From an uncultured bacterium (lineage in GTDB: Bacteria; Bacteroidota; Bacteroidia; Bacteroidales; JACABE01): DNA of 56,022 nt. The notes under the pieces were generated by a model. It had not been told where the DNA came from. It did no database searches and was given only the letters and a program-made list of their open reading frames with translations. Position numbers and translations under genes: made by a program. This document shows positions 25,928 to 36,399 of this stretch, piece after piece. Every line of letters starts with the position of its first letter. The stretch's first letter is position 1. The stretch is from positions 1-56,022 of the forward strand of contig CAIWDQ010000383.1 in assembly GCA_903911455.1 (NCBI GenBank), in the 5' to 3' direction.

Positions 25928-27223
25928 ATGTTTTTGAAAAAAGCTACACTAATTATTTTAATACTATTCTTACTTTGTTCTTTAAAAAGTTTTAATCAGG
26001 AACTTTATAAAGATACAGTTAGAATAACTTTGAAAGATGCTGAAAATATTTTTTTGAAGAAGAATTTGACTTTACTTTCTGAAAAATATAATATAGATGC
26101 AGCCAGAGCACAGGTAATTCAGAGTCGGGTGTGGGATAATCCTACAATCAGCTTTACTCAAAGTGCAATTAATAGTGAATATCAAACCAATGGAGGAAAA
26201 CATTATTTCGATATGACGAACTCTGGTGAAACGAGTGCACAAATTCAACAGCTCTTTTCAATTGCCGGTAAGAGGAATAAAAAGGTGCAAATCTCTCAAT
26301 TATCTGCTCAAAAAGAAGAATATAATTACTTTGATATGCTGCGGACGCTTAAATATACATTGCGTTCGGATTATTACAATATTTATTATCTGCAACAGAT
26401 TTTAAATGTGTATAAAAAAGAAATATCCTCTCTTACAAATTTGATTAATGCCTTCGAAAAGCAATCTGAGAAAGGATATGTATCTAAAAAAGAAGTCTTA
26501 CGGCTAAAAGCTACTTTGTTTGCATTAGAGAACGAAAGATTGGGATTTTCCACTAATCTGCAAAATAATTTAGCTGATTTTAATGTATTATTGCAAACTT
26601 CAAATACTTTTTTTCTTCCTACGCCTGAAGATTTGATGAAGAATTCTAAACCGGCTTCTTCGTTGAGTCTTCAGGCTTTATTAGACACGGCTTTGCAAAA
26701 TCGCTTCGATTATATGATGGCGCAATCTGATGTTGATATTAGTGAAATGAACCTTAAGTATCAAAAGGCTTTGGCAATCCCTGATCTTACTTTATCAGCC
26801 GGTTGGGACCGAAATGGAGGCTATATTAAAAATTATAACTATGTAGGACTTGCATTTGATCTTCCTTTTTTTAACAGGAATCAGGGGAATATTAAAACTG
26901 CAAAATTTGAGATTGAAAGCAATAAACTAAAGGTTCAAAGTACAAAAGACAGAGTGAAAGCCGACGTAATTCAAGCTTATTCCAATGTATTGGAAAATGA
27001 TAACTTATATAATAAGTTTGATGCAAAATTTGCAAAAGATATGGATGATTTAACTGAAGAAATGCTTAAGAACTTTGAGAAAAAGAATATAAGTATGCTT
27101 GAATTCTTAGATTTTTATGATGCCTACAAACAAAACCTTATTCAATATAATACATTGCAAAATAACAGGCTTAATGCCTTAGAAAATCTTAATTTTACTA
27201 TAGGAAAAGATATCTTAAACTAA
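25928..27223 (+). CDS. TolC/CzcC-family outer membrane efflux protein
   Basis: 431 aa with a signal peptide and OEP repeats. First gene of a CBA-type operon. Confidence 0.8.
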   Translation: MFLKKATLIILILFLLCSLKSFNQELYKDTVRITLKDAENIFLKKNLTLLSEKYNIDAARAQVIQSRVWDNPTISFTQSAINSEYQTNGGKHYFDMTNSGETSAQIQQLFSIAGKRNKKVQISQLSAQKEEYNYFDMLRTLKYTLRSDYYNIYYLQQILNVYKKEISSLTNLINAFEKQSEKGYVSKKEVLRLKATLFALENERLGFSTNLQNNLADFNVLLQTSNTFFLPTPEDLMKNSKPASSLSLQALLDTALQNRFDYMMAQSDVDISEMNLKYQKALAIPDLTLSAGWDRNGGYIKNYNYVGLAFDLPFFNRNQGNIKTAKFEIESNKLKVQSTKDRVKADVIQAYSNVLENDNLYNKFDAKFAKDMDDLTEEMLKNFEKKNISMLEFLDFYDAYKQNLIQYNTLQNNRLNALENLNFTIGKDILN

Positions 27224-27229
27224 TTAAAA

Positions 27230-28336
27230 ATGACAAGGAATCTAATAAAACTAATAACAGCTTTTTTATTCGTACTTATTCTGATAAGCTGTACTTCGAA
27301 AAAAGAAAACGAAAAAGAGGAAGCAACTAAGAATAAATTTGTTGTTGCCGACAGTTTGATGCAAAACATGACGATTGATACAGTAACCTTAAGACAAATT
27401 TATACTGAATATCACTTTACAGGAACGGTTACCTATGATCAGGATAAAGTAGTGAAAATATTCCCTCTTGTAAGTGGTTTGGTTACTGAAGTTAAGGTTT
27501 CGCTTGGTGATTTGGTTCAAAAAGATCAGGTGATTGCTGTTGTAAGAAGTTCTGAGATGGCTGGCGTACAGAATGATTTGGTAACGGCTCAATCTAATCT
27601 TGCTGTTTCAGAAAAGAATCTGGCTGCAACTACAGATATGTATAAAAGCGGTATAACTTCAGAAAAGGAATATATTGCTGCTCAAAAAGAACATGATAAA
27701 GCTAAATCGGAGTTAAAAAGGATACAGACTGTAAAATCTATTTATGGCAATGGCAAACAATCGGATTATATAATAAAATCTCCAATTTCGGGCTTTGTTG
27801 TCGAAAAACTTATAAATCCTAACATGCAACTACGTCCTGATAACAGTAATAATCTGTTTACTATCTCAGATTTGAAGAAAGTATGGGTTGTGGCAAAAAT
27901 TTACGAGAGTGATATAGCAAAAATCAAACCTGATATGGAGGTTAAGATTAATACGCTTGCATATCCCGACAAGGAATTTACAGGTAAGATAGATAAGATT
28001 TTTAATGTACTTGATCCTGACAGCAAGACAATGACAGTGAAAATTAAACTGGATAATCCTGACTATACACTTAAACCGGAGATGTTTGCTAACGTTAAGA
28101 TTATTTATAATACAAGTAATGATAAACTTCCTGTTGTAGATTCAAAAGCATTAGTTTTTAACAACAAAAAGTATTTTGTGATGGTGCTTAAGGGAAAAAA
28201 GGATTTTGAAGTAAGAGAAGTTAAAATAGGTGAAACAGTCGGCAATAAAACATATATATTAAGCGGATTACAAGCTGGAGAGAGAGTTGCAAGTAAGTAT
28301 TCTTTACTACTTTATAATGCTTTAACTTCAGAATAA
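27230..28336 (+). CDS. efflux RND periplasmic adaptor (CzcB/CusB-like lipoprotein)
   Basis: 368 aa with lipobox ..LISC and MFP barrel-sandwich/beta-barrel motifs. Confidence 0.85.
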   Translation: MTRNLIKLITAFLFVLILISCTSKKENEKEEATKNKFVVADSLMQNMTIDTVTLRQIYTEYHFTGTVTYDQDKVVKIFPLVSGLVTEVKVSLGDLVQKDQVIAVVRSSEMAGVQNDLVTAQSNLAVSEKNLAATTDMYKSGITSEKEYIAAQKEHDKAKSELKRIQTVKSIYGNGKQSDYIIKSPISGFVVEKLINPNMQLRPDNSNNLFTISDLKKVWVVAKIYESDIAKIKPDMEVKINTLAYPDKEFTGKIDKIFNVLDPDSKTMTVKIKLDNPDYTLKPEMFANVKIIYNTSNDKLPVVDSKALVFNNKKYFVMVLKGKKDFEVREVKIGETVGNKTYILSGLQAGERVASKYSLLLYNALTSE

Positions 28337-28377
28337 GATTTATTATTTACATTAAAAATAATATAAAGACTTAGACT

Positions 28378-31300
28378 ATGCACAAACTAATTGAAAACAT
28401 AATTGCCTTCTCTTTACGAAATAAATTCTTCATTTTCTTTTGCACGATAGTTATTATAATAACCGGTATTTATTCTTTTAAAAATACGCCTGTTGATGCC
28501 TTTCCTGATGTTACGAATACAAAGATTATTATCATAACACAATGGCCGGGCAGAAGTGCTGAAGAAATAGAGAAATTTGTAACAATTCCTATAGAAATAG
28601 CGATGAATCCGGTTCAGAAGAAGACGGATATCAGATCAACTACTCTTTTTGGGCTTTCTGTTGTTACTGTTTTATTTGATGATGATGTTGAAGATGCTTT
28701 TGCAAGACAGCAGGTAAATAATATGCTTAAAGATGCTGATTTACCAGATGGCGTTTCTCCTGATGTTCAACCTCCTTATGGCCCAACAGGTGAAATTTAC
28801 AGATACACTTTAAAGAGTTCAAAACATAATGTTCGGGAATTAAAAACGCTTCAAGATTGGGTTGTCGACAGAAATATAAGAAGCGTTCCGGGAGTTGCCG
28901 ATTTAGTTAGCTTTGGGGGTGAAGTTAAGACCTTTGAGGTGAGTACCAATCCAAATCAGTTAATAAATTACAATATTACACCCCTTGATCTTTACGAAGC
29001 TATTGCAAAGAGTAATGTTAACGTTGGCGGAGATGTTATTACAAAAAATTCTCAGGCATATGTTGTAAGAGGTATAGGGTTAATAGATAATATTGAAGAA
29101 ATACAGAATATTGTAATTAAAAAGATAAATGGGACACCGATTTTAGTTAGAAATGTAGCTGATGTGCACGAATCTGCATTGCCAAGATTAGGTCAGGTTG
29201 GACGAATGGGGGATAATGATGTTGTGGAAGGTATTGTGGTAATGCGTAAAGGCGAAAACCCAAGTGAGGTTATAAAGAATCTTAAAGTTAAAATAGATGA
29301 ACTTAATAATAAGATCTTACCCGAAGGAGCAAAAATAGATACATTTTATGATCGCGAAAACCTAGTGAACTTTGCAGTTAATACAGTTACTCATAATTTA
29401 ATTGAAGGTATATTATTAGTAACATTTATAGTACTTATTTTTATGGCAGATTGGAGGACAACAGTTGCAGTATCTATAGTTATCCCATTGGCTTTATTAT
29501 TTGCTTTTATATGCTTAAGGGCAAGAGGAATGTCAGCAAATTTGCTCTCTATGGGAGCAATTGACTTTGGGATAATTATAGATGGGGCTGTGGTAATGGT
29601 TGAAGGGATATTCGTAGTTCTGGATAAGAAAGCACATAAGCTCGGGATGGATGCATTTAATAAACTGTCGAAATTGGGTTTGATAAAGCATACTTCTAAA
29701 GAAATGGGGAAAGCAATCTTCTTTTCTAAACTAATTATTATAACAGCTTTAGTTCCTATCTTCGCTTTCCAAAAAGTGGAAGGAAAAATGTTTTCACCAC
29801 TTGCATTTACCTTGGGATTTGCATTGCTGGGAGCATTAATATTCACACTTACATTAGTGCCTGTTTTAAGTAGTATTTTGTTGAAGAAAAATGTCAAAGA
29901 AAAGAAAAACTTCTTCGTAAGTTTTATTACCAATAATACGATGGGAATCTTTAACAGATTATACAAGGTAAAGAATCTAAGTCTTACAATAGGTTTAATA
30001 ATTGTTGTTTTAGGATTCTTTTGCTTTAAATTTTTAGGTACTGAATTTCTTCCCGAACTAAATGAAGGTTCTATTTATATTAGAGCAACACTTCCGCAAA
30101 GTGTTTCTTTAGAGGAATCTGTAAAGTTATCTAATCAATTAAGAAATAAAATAAGATCTTTCCCCGAAGTACGTCAAGTATTATCTCAGGCAGGAAGACC
30201 TAATGACGGGACTGATGCAACAGGATTTTATAATATAGAATTCCAGGTTGATATATTCCCACAAAAAGAATGGAAATCTAAGAAAACAAAGGAGCAACTT
30301 ATTGATGAGATGAATGCATCTTTGCAAGAATACCCAGGTATTGATTTTAATTTTTCGCAACCTATTATGGATAATGTTGAAGAAGCAGTTTCTGGGGTAA
30401 AAGGCTCTTTAGTAGTAAAGATTACAGGAAATGATTTGGCTTTAACTGAAAAGAAAGCTACTGAAGTATATAAAGTTTTAAAAACGGTAAATGGTGTTGA
30501 AGATTTGGGTGTTTTTAAAAATATAGGTCAACCGGAACTGCAAATTGAACTGGATGAAAAAAGATGTGCGCTTTATGGAGTTGCTAAATCCGATGCCCAG
30601 GCTGTAATTGAGATGGCAATAGGTGGAAAATCGGCTTCAAAATTATATGAAGGTGAAAAGAAGTTTGATATCATAGTTCGTTATCAACCTAACTTCAGAA
30701 AGTCCGAGAAAGAGATTGGCGAACTAATGGTTCCAACAATGCAGGGCAAACAAATTCCTGTAAAAGAAATTGCGGACATTAGATTAATTACCGGTCCACT
30801 TATTGTTTACAGAGACAATCACCAAAGGTATGCAGCAGTTAAATTTTCAATCAGAGGTAGAGATATGGGTAGTACAATTGCAGAAGCTCAAAAGAAAGTA
30901 GAAAAAGCAGTTAATTTACCTAAAGGTTACGAAATTAAATGGCTAGGTGATTTTGAAAACCAACAGCGTGCTTCAAAACGATTGGCACAGGTTGTTCCTT
31001 TAAGTTTGATGTTGATATTCCTTATCCTTTTTGTTTTGTTTGGCAATGCCCGCGATGCCGGACTAGTATTAGTTAATGTTCCCTTTGCGATTATCGGAGG
31101 TATCGCGGCATTACTTATAACGCATACTAATTTTAGTATTTCAGCAGGGATCGGATTCATTGCATTGTTTGGTATTTGTATACAGAACGGTGTGATACTG
31201 ATAAGTGTATTTAAGAATAATATTCATCATAAAAAGCTTTCTTTACAAGATTCTATTAAAGATGGTGTTTTATCAAGGATACGTCCTGTAATTATGACGG

Positions 31301-31512
31301 CAATGATGGCTGCAATAGGTTTAATTCCTGCAGCTACTTCTACAGGAATAGGTTCTGAAGCTCAAAGACCACTTGCAATTGTTGTTATTGGTGGATTAAT
31401 TACTGCTACTATACTTACTTTATTTATTTTCCCTTTATTTGTTGAGAAAATTTATGGACGTTTGTTATATGATAATGATGGAAATCTTAAAATAAGAAGA
31501 CGTTTAATTTAA
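28378..31512 (+). CDS. CusA/CzcA-family heavy-metal efflux RND permease
   Basis: 1044 aa. N-terminus IIAFSLRNK..VDAFPDVTN and overall pattern are typical of HME-RND pumps. Confidence 0.85.
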   Translation: MHKLIENIIAFSLRNKFFIFFCTIVIIITGIYSFKNTPVDAFPDVTNTKIIIITQWPGRSAEEIEKFVTIPIEIAMNPVQKKTDIRSTTLFGLSVVTVLFDDDVEDAFARQQVNNMLKDADLPDGVSPDVQPPYGPTGEIYRYTLKSSKHNVRELKTLQDWVVDRNIRSVPGVADLVSFGGEVKTFEVSTNPNQLINYNITPLDLYEAIAKSNVNVGGDVITKNSQAYVVRGIGLIDNIEEIQNIVIKKINGTPILVRNVADVHESALPRLGQVGRMGDNDVVEGIVVMRKGENPSEVIKNLKVKIDELNNKILPEGAKIDTFYDRENLVNFAVNTVTHNLIEGILLVTFIVLIFMADWRTTVAVSIVIPLALLFAFICLRARGMSANLLSMGAIDFGIIIDGAVVMVEGIFVVLDKKAHKLGMDAFNKLSKLGLIKHTSKEMGKAIFFSKLIIITALVPIFAFQKVEGKMFSPLAFTLGFALLGALIFTLTLVPVLSSILLKKNVKEKKNFFVSFITNNTMGIFNRLYKVKNLSLTIGLIIVVLGFFCFKFLGTEFLPELNEGSIYIRATLPQSVSLEESVKLSNQLRNKIRSFPEVRQVLSQAGRPNDGTDATGFYNIEFQVDIFPQKEWKSKKTKEQLIDEMNASLQEYPGIDFNFSQPIMDNVEEAVSGVKGSLVVKITGNDLALTEKKATEVYKVLKTVNGVEDLGVFKNIGQPELQIELDEKRCALYGVAKSDAQAVIEMAIGGKSASKLYEGEKKFDIIVRYQPNFRKSEKEIGELMVPTMQGKQIPVKEIADIRLITGPLIVYRDNHQRYAAVKFSIRGRDMGSTIAEAQKKVEKAVNLPKGYEIKWLGDFENQQRASKRLAQVVPLSLMLIFLILFVLFGNARDAGLVLVNVPFAIIGGIAALLITHTNFSISAGIGFIALFGICIQNGVILISVFKNNIHHKKLSLQDSIKDGVLSRIRPVIMTAMMAAIGLIPAATSTGIGSEAQRPLAIVVIGGLITATILTLFIFPLFVEKIYGRLLYDNDGNLKIRRRLI

Positions 31513-31520
31513 ATAATTAG

Positions 31521-31528
31521 TATCTTTG
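31521..31528 (+). promoter_or_regulatory. -7 box TATCTTTG (internal promoter for the two-component genes)
   Basis: TAnnTTTG match 29 nt upstream of the ATG at 31558. Confidence 0.45.
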
Positions 31529-31557
31529 GTTCAAAATTAATTTAAATAAGTTAGCAT

Positions 31558-32238
31558 ATGGCAACCATACTTTTAGTTGAGGACGAGGTAAATGTTTCTT
31601 CTTTTATTAAGAAAGGATTAGAGGAGGAAAATTATACTGTTGAAGCTGCTTATGATGGAGCTACAGGATTGAATCTTGCTTTAAACAAAGAATTTAACCT
31701 AATTATTTTAGATATTATTCTTCCTAATCTTAATGGTATTGAAGTCTGCACAATTATCCGTGATAAGATAGGTTTTAATATTCCTATTATTATGCTAACA
31801 GCTTTAGGTTCTACCGATGAGATTGTAAAAGGACTGGAAGCAGGTGCCGATGATTATCTTATAAAACCTTTTCATTTTAAAGAATTATTAGCAAGAGTTA
31901 ACGCCAATTTAAGAAGGCAGTTGATTTCGGATGATGTTAAATCATTGAAGTTTTCTGATGTTATTATGGATATAGAAAGTAAGACAGTAACACGCGCTGG
32001 TAAAGAAATTAACTTAACTTCTAAAGAGTATCGTTTGCTTTATTACTTTTTAATGAATCCTAAAAAGGTATTGTCAAGGTATGATATTTTAGATAATGTT
32101 TGGGATATTAACTTTGATATGGGAACTAATCTTGTGGATGTTTATGTAAATTATCTTAGAAATAAGATTGAAAAAGACTTCCCAACTAAACTTATTCATA
32201 CTGTTATCGGGATGGGTTATATATTAAAAGAAGAATAG
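31558..32238 (+). CDS. OmpR-family response regulator
   Basis: 226 aa. Receiver domain (ILLVEDE..DIILP..) plus a winged-helix trans_reg_C domain (..VYVNYLRNKIE..GMGY). Confidence 0.9.
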   Translation: MATILLVEDEVNVSSFIKKGLEEENYTVEAAYDGATGLNLALNKEFNLIILDIILPNLNGIEVCTIIRDKIGFNIPIIMLTALGSTDEIVKGLEAGADDYLIKPFHFKELLARVNANLRRQLISDDVKSLKFSDVIMDIESKTVTRAGKEINLTSKEYRLLYYFLMNPKKVLSRYDILDNVWDINFDMGTNLVDVYVNYLRNKIEKDFPTKLIHTVIGMGYILKEE

Positions 32239-33588
32239 ATGAAGATCCGTCACAAAATAGCTTTTATTTATGCATTGCTTACCTTTATGGTGTTGCTTTG
32301 TTCATTTGTTTTCGTCTATTACTTATCAGAACATTATAACAAGACAGATTTCAACAATCATCTTTTTGATAAGGCCTTAATTGTTGCTCAAAAATACTTT
32401 GAGGAAGATGAATTAAACAAAAAGACTTATGAAACTATCATTGAAAGATATATTCAAAAGCTTCCACAGGAAAAAGAAATAATATTAGATGCTAATAAAC
32501 GAAAAGAAACTTTTGATTCACTTAAAACAATAATCCCTGAAAATTTAGCTACTCAGCTTCTGGATAGTACTTCTGTAGTGTTTTATAAGAATGAAACACA
32601 AACAGTAGGTATTTATTATGCCGACAATCAAGGCGACTTTATTATTCTTGTTTCTGCAATTGATGAATATAGTATTGCAAAGCAATATCATTTATTTAAG
32701 GTGTTGATGTGGATTCTTATTATTAGTACAATCCTTACATATCTTATTGGTTTGATATATGCTAACCGTATTGTTGCCCCTATCGTTTCTATCATGAATA
32801 ATGTAAATAAGATTAGAGCTACTAATTTAAGTCTTCGTTTAACTGAGCATAAAGGCAACGACGAATTGTCAAAACTTATTCTTATGATCAATCAGATGCT
32901 GGAGCGTTTAGAAAATTCTTTTGAAATGCAGCGAGATTTTATAAGTAATGCTTCTCATGAGTTAAAGAATCCTCTCACAGCTATACTTGGCGAAACTGAG
33001 ATTGCTTTACGCAAAAGCCGTTCAGAAGAAGATTATATTAAAACTCTTACTGTTATTTATACAGAAGCTGAACGATTAGATGCTCTTACACGTAATCTTT
33101 TAAGTCTTGCTCAAACAGATTTTACGATTACTAATCTTCCTCATAATCCAATTAATTTAGACAGGCTTCTACAAGAGATTTATTCTCATTTTGAGAAGAC
33201 AGATTATAAAGGAAGGATTAAATTGCATTTACCCGAATCAAATCAACATCTTACAATTAATGGTAATAGCAATCTTTTGAGAATTGCTATTAGTAATCTT
33301 ATTGATAATGCTTGTAAGTTTTCTGTTGATAAAGATGTTGATGTCAATCTTAAACAAGTTGATAAAAATATTATTCTAACTGTTAAAGATAAAGGAATAG
33401 GTATACCCTTGATTGAACAAAACAATATATTCCAGGCCTTTTATCGTGCCGGTAATACCCGTTCATATAAAGGTTCAGGTGTTGGACTAACTCTTTCCGA
33501 AAAGATTATCAGATTGCATGGCGGTAGTATCTCAATTAATTCCGAACCAGGCGAAGGTACTGAAGTTAAGCTTATTTTTATAATGTAA
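32239..33588 (+). CDS. sensor histidine kinase (CusS/heavy-metal-sensor-like)
   Basis: 449 aa. Two TM helices, HAMP, H-box SHELKNPLT, and N/G boxes (DNACKF.., GSGVGLTL). The start immediately follows the regulator stop codon. Confidence 0.85.
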   Translation: MKIRHKIAFIYALLTFMVLLCSFVFVYYLSEHYNKTDFNNHLFDKALIVAQKYFEEDELNKKTYETIIERYIQKLPQEKEIILDANKRKETFDSLKTIIPENLATQLLDSTSVVFYKNETQTVGIYYADNQGDFIILVSAIDEYSIAKQYHLFKVLMWILIISTILTYLIGLIYANRIVAPIVSIMNNVNKIRATNLSLRLTEHKGNDELSKLILMINQMLERLENSFEMQRDFISNASHELKNPLTAILGETEIALRKSRSEEDYIKTLTVIYTEAERLDALTRNLLSLAQTDFTITNLPHNPINLDRLLQEIYSHFEKTDYKGRIKLHLPESNQHLTINGNSNLLRIAISNLIDNACKFSVDKDVDVNLKQVDKNIILTVKDKGIGIPLIEQNNIFQAFYRAGNTRSYKGSGVGLTLSEKIIRLHGGSISINSEPGEGTEVKLIFIM

Positions 33589-33617
33589 TTTTTTCATAAT
33601 TTTTTTTTTAAGTTGGG

Positions 33618-33640
33618 TGCCTTAACGTATTGTTAAGGCA
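33618..33640 (+). terminator. hairpin TGCCTTAAC-loop-GTTAAGGCA
   Basis: 9-bp stem followed by a T-rich tract after the kinase gene. Confidence 0.55.
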
Positions 33641-33677
33641 TTTATTTTAGTATGATCTTAATTATTAAAATGTATAA

Positions 33678-33709
33678 AAAAAGCCGATGAATATATATCA
33701 ACCGGCTTT
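33678..33709 (-). terminator. terminator of the minus-strand T9SS cargo gene
   Basis: Minus strand: AAGCCGGT..ATCGGCTT followed by T6. Confidence 0.55.
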
Positions 33710-33738
33710 CATATTACATAAATTAAAGTTGAGTGTAT

Positions 33739-34341
33739 CTATTCTTTCACAAATTTACTTACATTAGTTTTCTTATCATTACTGATTTTAATAATATACA
33801 TTCCTTTTGTAAGATTACTTATGTTAAGATTTGTTTTTTCTTGTTTGATTGATTGTTGTAATAATAATTGTCCTCCCAGATTATAAATATAAACAATATT
33901 ATTCTGAATATAAACATTGTTTTTAAAGTCAATTGTAAGATTTTCTTTAGCAGGATTAGGGTAAATCATTATTTGATTTGAGATTTCATTATCGCTTATA
34001 CCTGTAGTTTCTTTTGGAATAACAGTCATTGAAATGATTGCATCCGTTGTTTTCTGTAAATAAGATGAATCACTAAAAGTACTTATACATCCAAAGGCAT
34101 CTGTTACTTTAAGACTTATATTATAATACCCAGAATTATTAAAAGTATGCGAAGGATTTGCAATTGTATCAGACGTTCCATCACCCCAGTGCCACAAATA
34201 ATGAAATGGTGCGTTACCCGTAACAAATGTGTATACAAAATAATGATGAATAATACTAGTATCCTGGATGACCATAAATGATGCCGAACAATTAGGTGTT
34301 ATCTGAGAGAAGTAAGCTTGAAGATGCCTGTTAAAATTCAC
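33739..34341 (-). CDS. T9SS cargo protein, C-terminal part (PKD domain plus type A sorting domain); frame open upstream to ~34530
   Basis: Motif WHWGDGTSD..NPSHTF (PKD) and C-terminus IMIYPNPAKENLTIDF..GMYIIKI. The upstream in-frame extension reads FLGGTVTGAGIFSPNQ..NSGFTFFNWSENG, a Listeria-Bacteroides repeat. Confidence 0.75.
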   Translation of the reverse strand: MNFNRHLQAYFSQITPNCSASFMVIQDTSIIHHYFVYTFVTGNAPFHYLWHWGDGTSDTIANPSHTFNNSGYYNISLKVTDAFGCISTFSDSSYLQKTTDAIISMTVIPKETTGISDNEISNQIMIYPNPAKENLTIDFKNNVYIQNNIVYIYNLGGQLLLQQSIKQEKTNLNISNLTKGMYIIKISNDKKTNVSKFVKE

Positions 34342-34481
34342 ATTAAATATATATACAGGATTAGTACTTACTGTAATCCCATTCTCAGACCAATTGAAAA
34401 ATGTAAAGCCAGAATTAGGGATTGCTATTGCAGTATCTACTTGATTAGGACTAAAAATACCTGCACCAGTTACTGTACCAC

Positions 34482-35159
34482 CTAAAAAGGGAATCCATTT
34501 GTAGATACAGTATATTGAGAAGCTGATGTTTTATATACTTTTACATCATCAATTAGCCAACCATACCTGCCTGCTGATCCAGTTGCTCCTGTAGTAAAGT
34601 ATCTAAAACGTATTTTTACGTTAGGCGAATTTAAAGTTAAGGATGAAATATCAAAGTGCTCTGTTTTCCACCACGAATTAGTTGGTTTTGTAATTGTATC
34701 ACCAGGTAACCATTGGTTATAAGCATTCTCGCAAAACCTATTCTGTATCATTATTCCACTATCCTGATATTGTGTGATTGTTAATGTATACCAGGTTATT
34801 CCATTATCATTTGAAACCTCCACATAACCTCCATCTGCAAAAAAGAGTTTGCAAATATGTGAAAACTGTAAGCTTACATTATTTGCTCCCACTGTACTGA
34901 ATGGCAGTGAAGTTAGATAAATAGTCTTTAAAGGTTGAAGTGTATTTGAGTCGCATCTCATTCCCGAGTTAAATAAGTTTGTTGAAGTTGCCCAGGGTTT
35001 AAAAGAAGTTGTAGGAAAACCCAATGTGTCAGCGGTAGTAATTAAACTATCTCCATAAGATGGTGCTTCAAAGTTTTCGTGAAACAAAACTGTTTGAGCT
35101 GATAATAATTTTGTAAGCATACTTGCTAATACAAAAATAAGTAAAATTGTTTTTTTCAT
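34482..35159 (-). CDS. T9SS cargo protein, N-terminal part (signal peptide plus jelly-roll domain); frameshifted with 33739..34341
   Basis: 225 aa with signal peptide ..LLSAQ. It ends at a TAG created within a T5 run (plus-strand A5 at 34484-34488). One extra T would join the two frames. Confidence 0.7.
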   Translation of the reverse strand: MKKTILLIFVLASMLTKLLSAQTVLFHENFEAPSYGDSLITTADTLGFPTTSFKPWATSTNLFNSGMRCDSNTLQPLKTIYLTSLPFSTVGANNVSLQFSHICKLFFADGGYVEVSNDNGITWYTLTITQYQDSGIMIQNRFCENAYNQWLPGDTITKPTNSWWKTEHFDISSLTLNSPNVKIRFRYFTTGATGSAGRYGWLIDDVKVYKTSASQYTVSTNGFPF

Positions 35160-35192
35160 TTTAGTAACTTTTTAAATTTTAATAAAGGTAAT

Positions 35193-35924
35193 CTATTGCC
35201 ATGAAGCAATTGTGGCATAATCATCGGTTGTAAGTGGTGTACCTCCTGTAAATTTCCAAATAAAAGATTGAATATCCCCTTCATGGCTTGTTAAGTTTGT
35301 TTTTCCTTTTAACGCATTTATAAAGTGTACCATTTGGTCGTTATTAGTTACTACTCTTGGTTTATAAATAGAATTAAAAGAAGGTGCATGACGAGTTAAA
35401 TTACAACAAAATGATTTTAAACACAGATTTATTGTATCACCTACATGTACTACAACAGTGTCAGATACAACAACAACACCAGTTTGAGTAGTATCTACTG
35501 CATTAGTATCATTAGAACCTGTATTACAAAACACAAGTCCTGCTGGAAAAATAAAGGTAGTTGTGCTGGTACCTGCATTTGTTAACCTCATGTATAAATT
35601 AACAAACTCACCCAGTCCATTTGTTACCCAATTGGTTTTTGGCGAATTATATTCATAAGTTGTCCATGCAGATTCAGATTTTACACCAAAGAAAGGAGTT
35701 TTTCCTGGATTGCCACCCAATATTGCTCCAACAACTTTTATGTTAGAAGGTAAAGCCCAGAGCATCCCGGATGGTGTGCCACTGTTAGGCCCAAAACCAG
35801 CTAAACTTGTTGACAATACTTGAGTTGTTGCGCCATAATTGATTACTGCAGGATTCTCTTTTCTACATGATAAAATAATTATAGCTAAACTAATAAATAA
35901 AAGATAATAGATTTTCTTTTTCAT
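35193..35924 (-). CDS. hypothetical lipoprotein
   Basis: 243 aa with lipobox ..IILSC. Directly upstream of, and on the same strand as, the frameshifted T9SS cargo gene. Confidence 0.6.
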   Translation of the reverse strand: MKKKIYYLLFISLAIIILSCRKENPAVINYGATTQVLSTSLAGFGPNSGTPSGMLWALPSNIKVVGAILGGNPGKTPFFGVKSESAWTTYEYNSPKTNWVTNGLGEFVNLYMRLTNAGTSTTTFIFPAGLVFCNTGSNDTNAVDTTQTGVVVVSDTVVVHVGDTINLCLKSFCCNLTRHAPSFNSIYKPRVVTNNDQMVHFINALKGKTNLTSHEGDIQSFIWKFTGGTPLTTDDYATIASWQ

Positions 35925-36150
35925 AATACGATTTTTTTAAATTGTTTTTAAATTATTTGAAATTATGCTTTATACTAAGACAAATAAAAATGGCATTTGG
36001 TTGCCTGAGGTGTTAGAATTATCACAAATAAATATTAATTAAAAACTAATATTTAAGAATTTTGATTTTAAATGAGAACAAGAAACCGACAAGTATTAGT
36101 TTACTCTCTTACATATCATCTTAAAATGACAGTTTAACCTCTTATATATT

Positions 36151-36252
36151 TCACCGAAAGGGTAAACAGTGCCTTTTTATTCTTTTCTTTCTTATCTTAT
36201 TAATAAATGAGATTTAATTTAAGATAAAAAAGAATCAATTCGTAATTCGTAG
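36151..36252. repeat. composite intergenic module, copy 1
   Basis: CACCGAAAGGG, then hairpin TTATCTTA-N20-TAAGATAA (36192-36227), then an A-rich tract, then heptamers AATTCGT AATTCGT (36237-36252). Confidence 0.65.
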
Positions 36253-36399
36253 CTACTACCTCCCAGTTTGTCAGATGTAATTTGCAATTTTTATCAATTT
36301 TGGTCATTGTTTTTATATAAATGCAATTATTTCAATATAATTTTAATGAATCTTAATTAATAAAATTAGAATTTTGATGAATCAACAATCAATTCTTAT

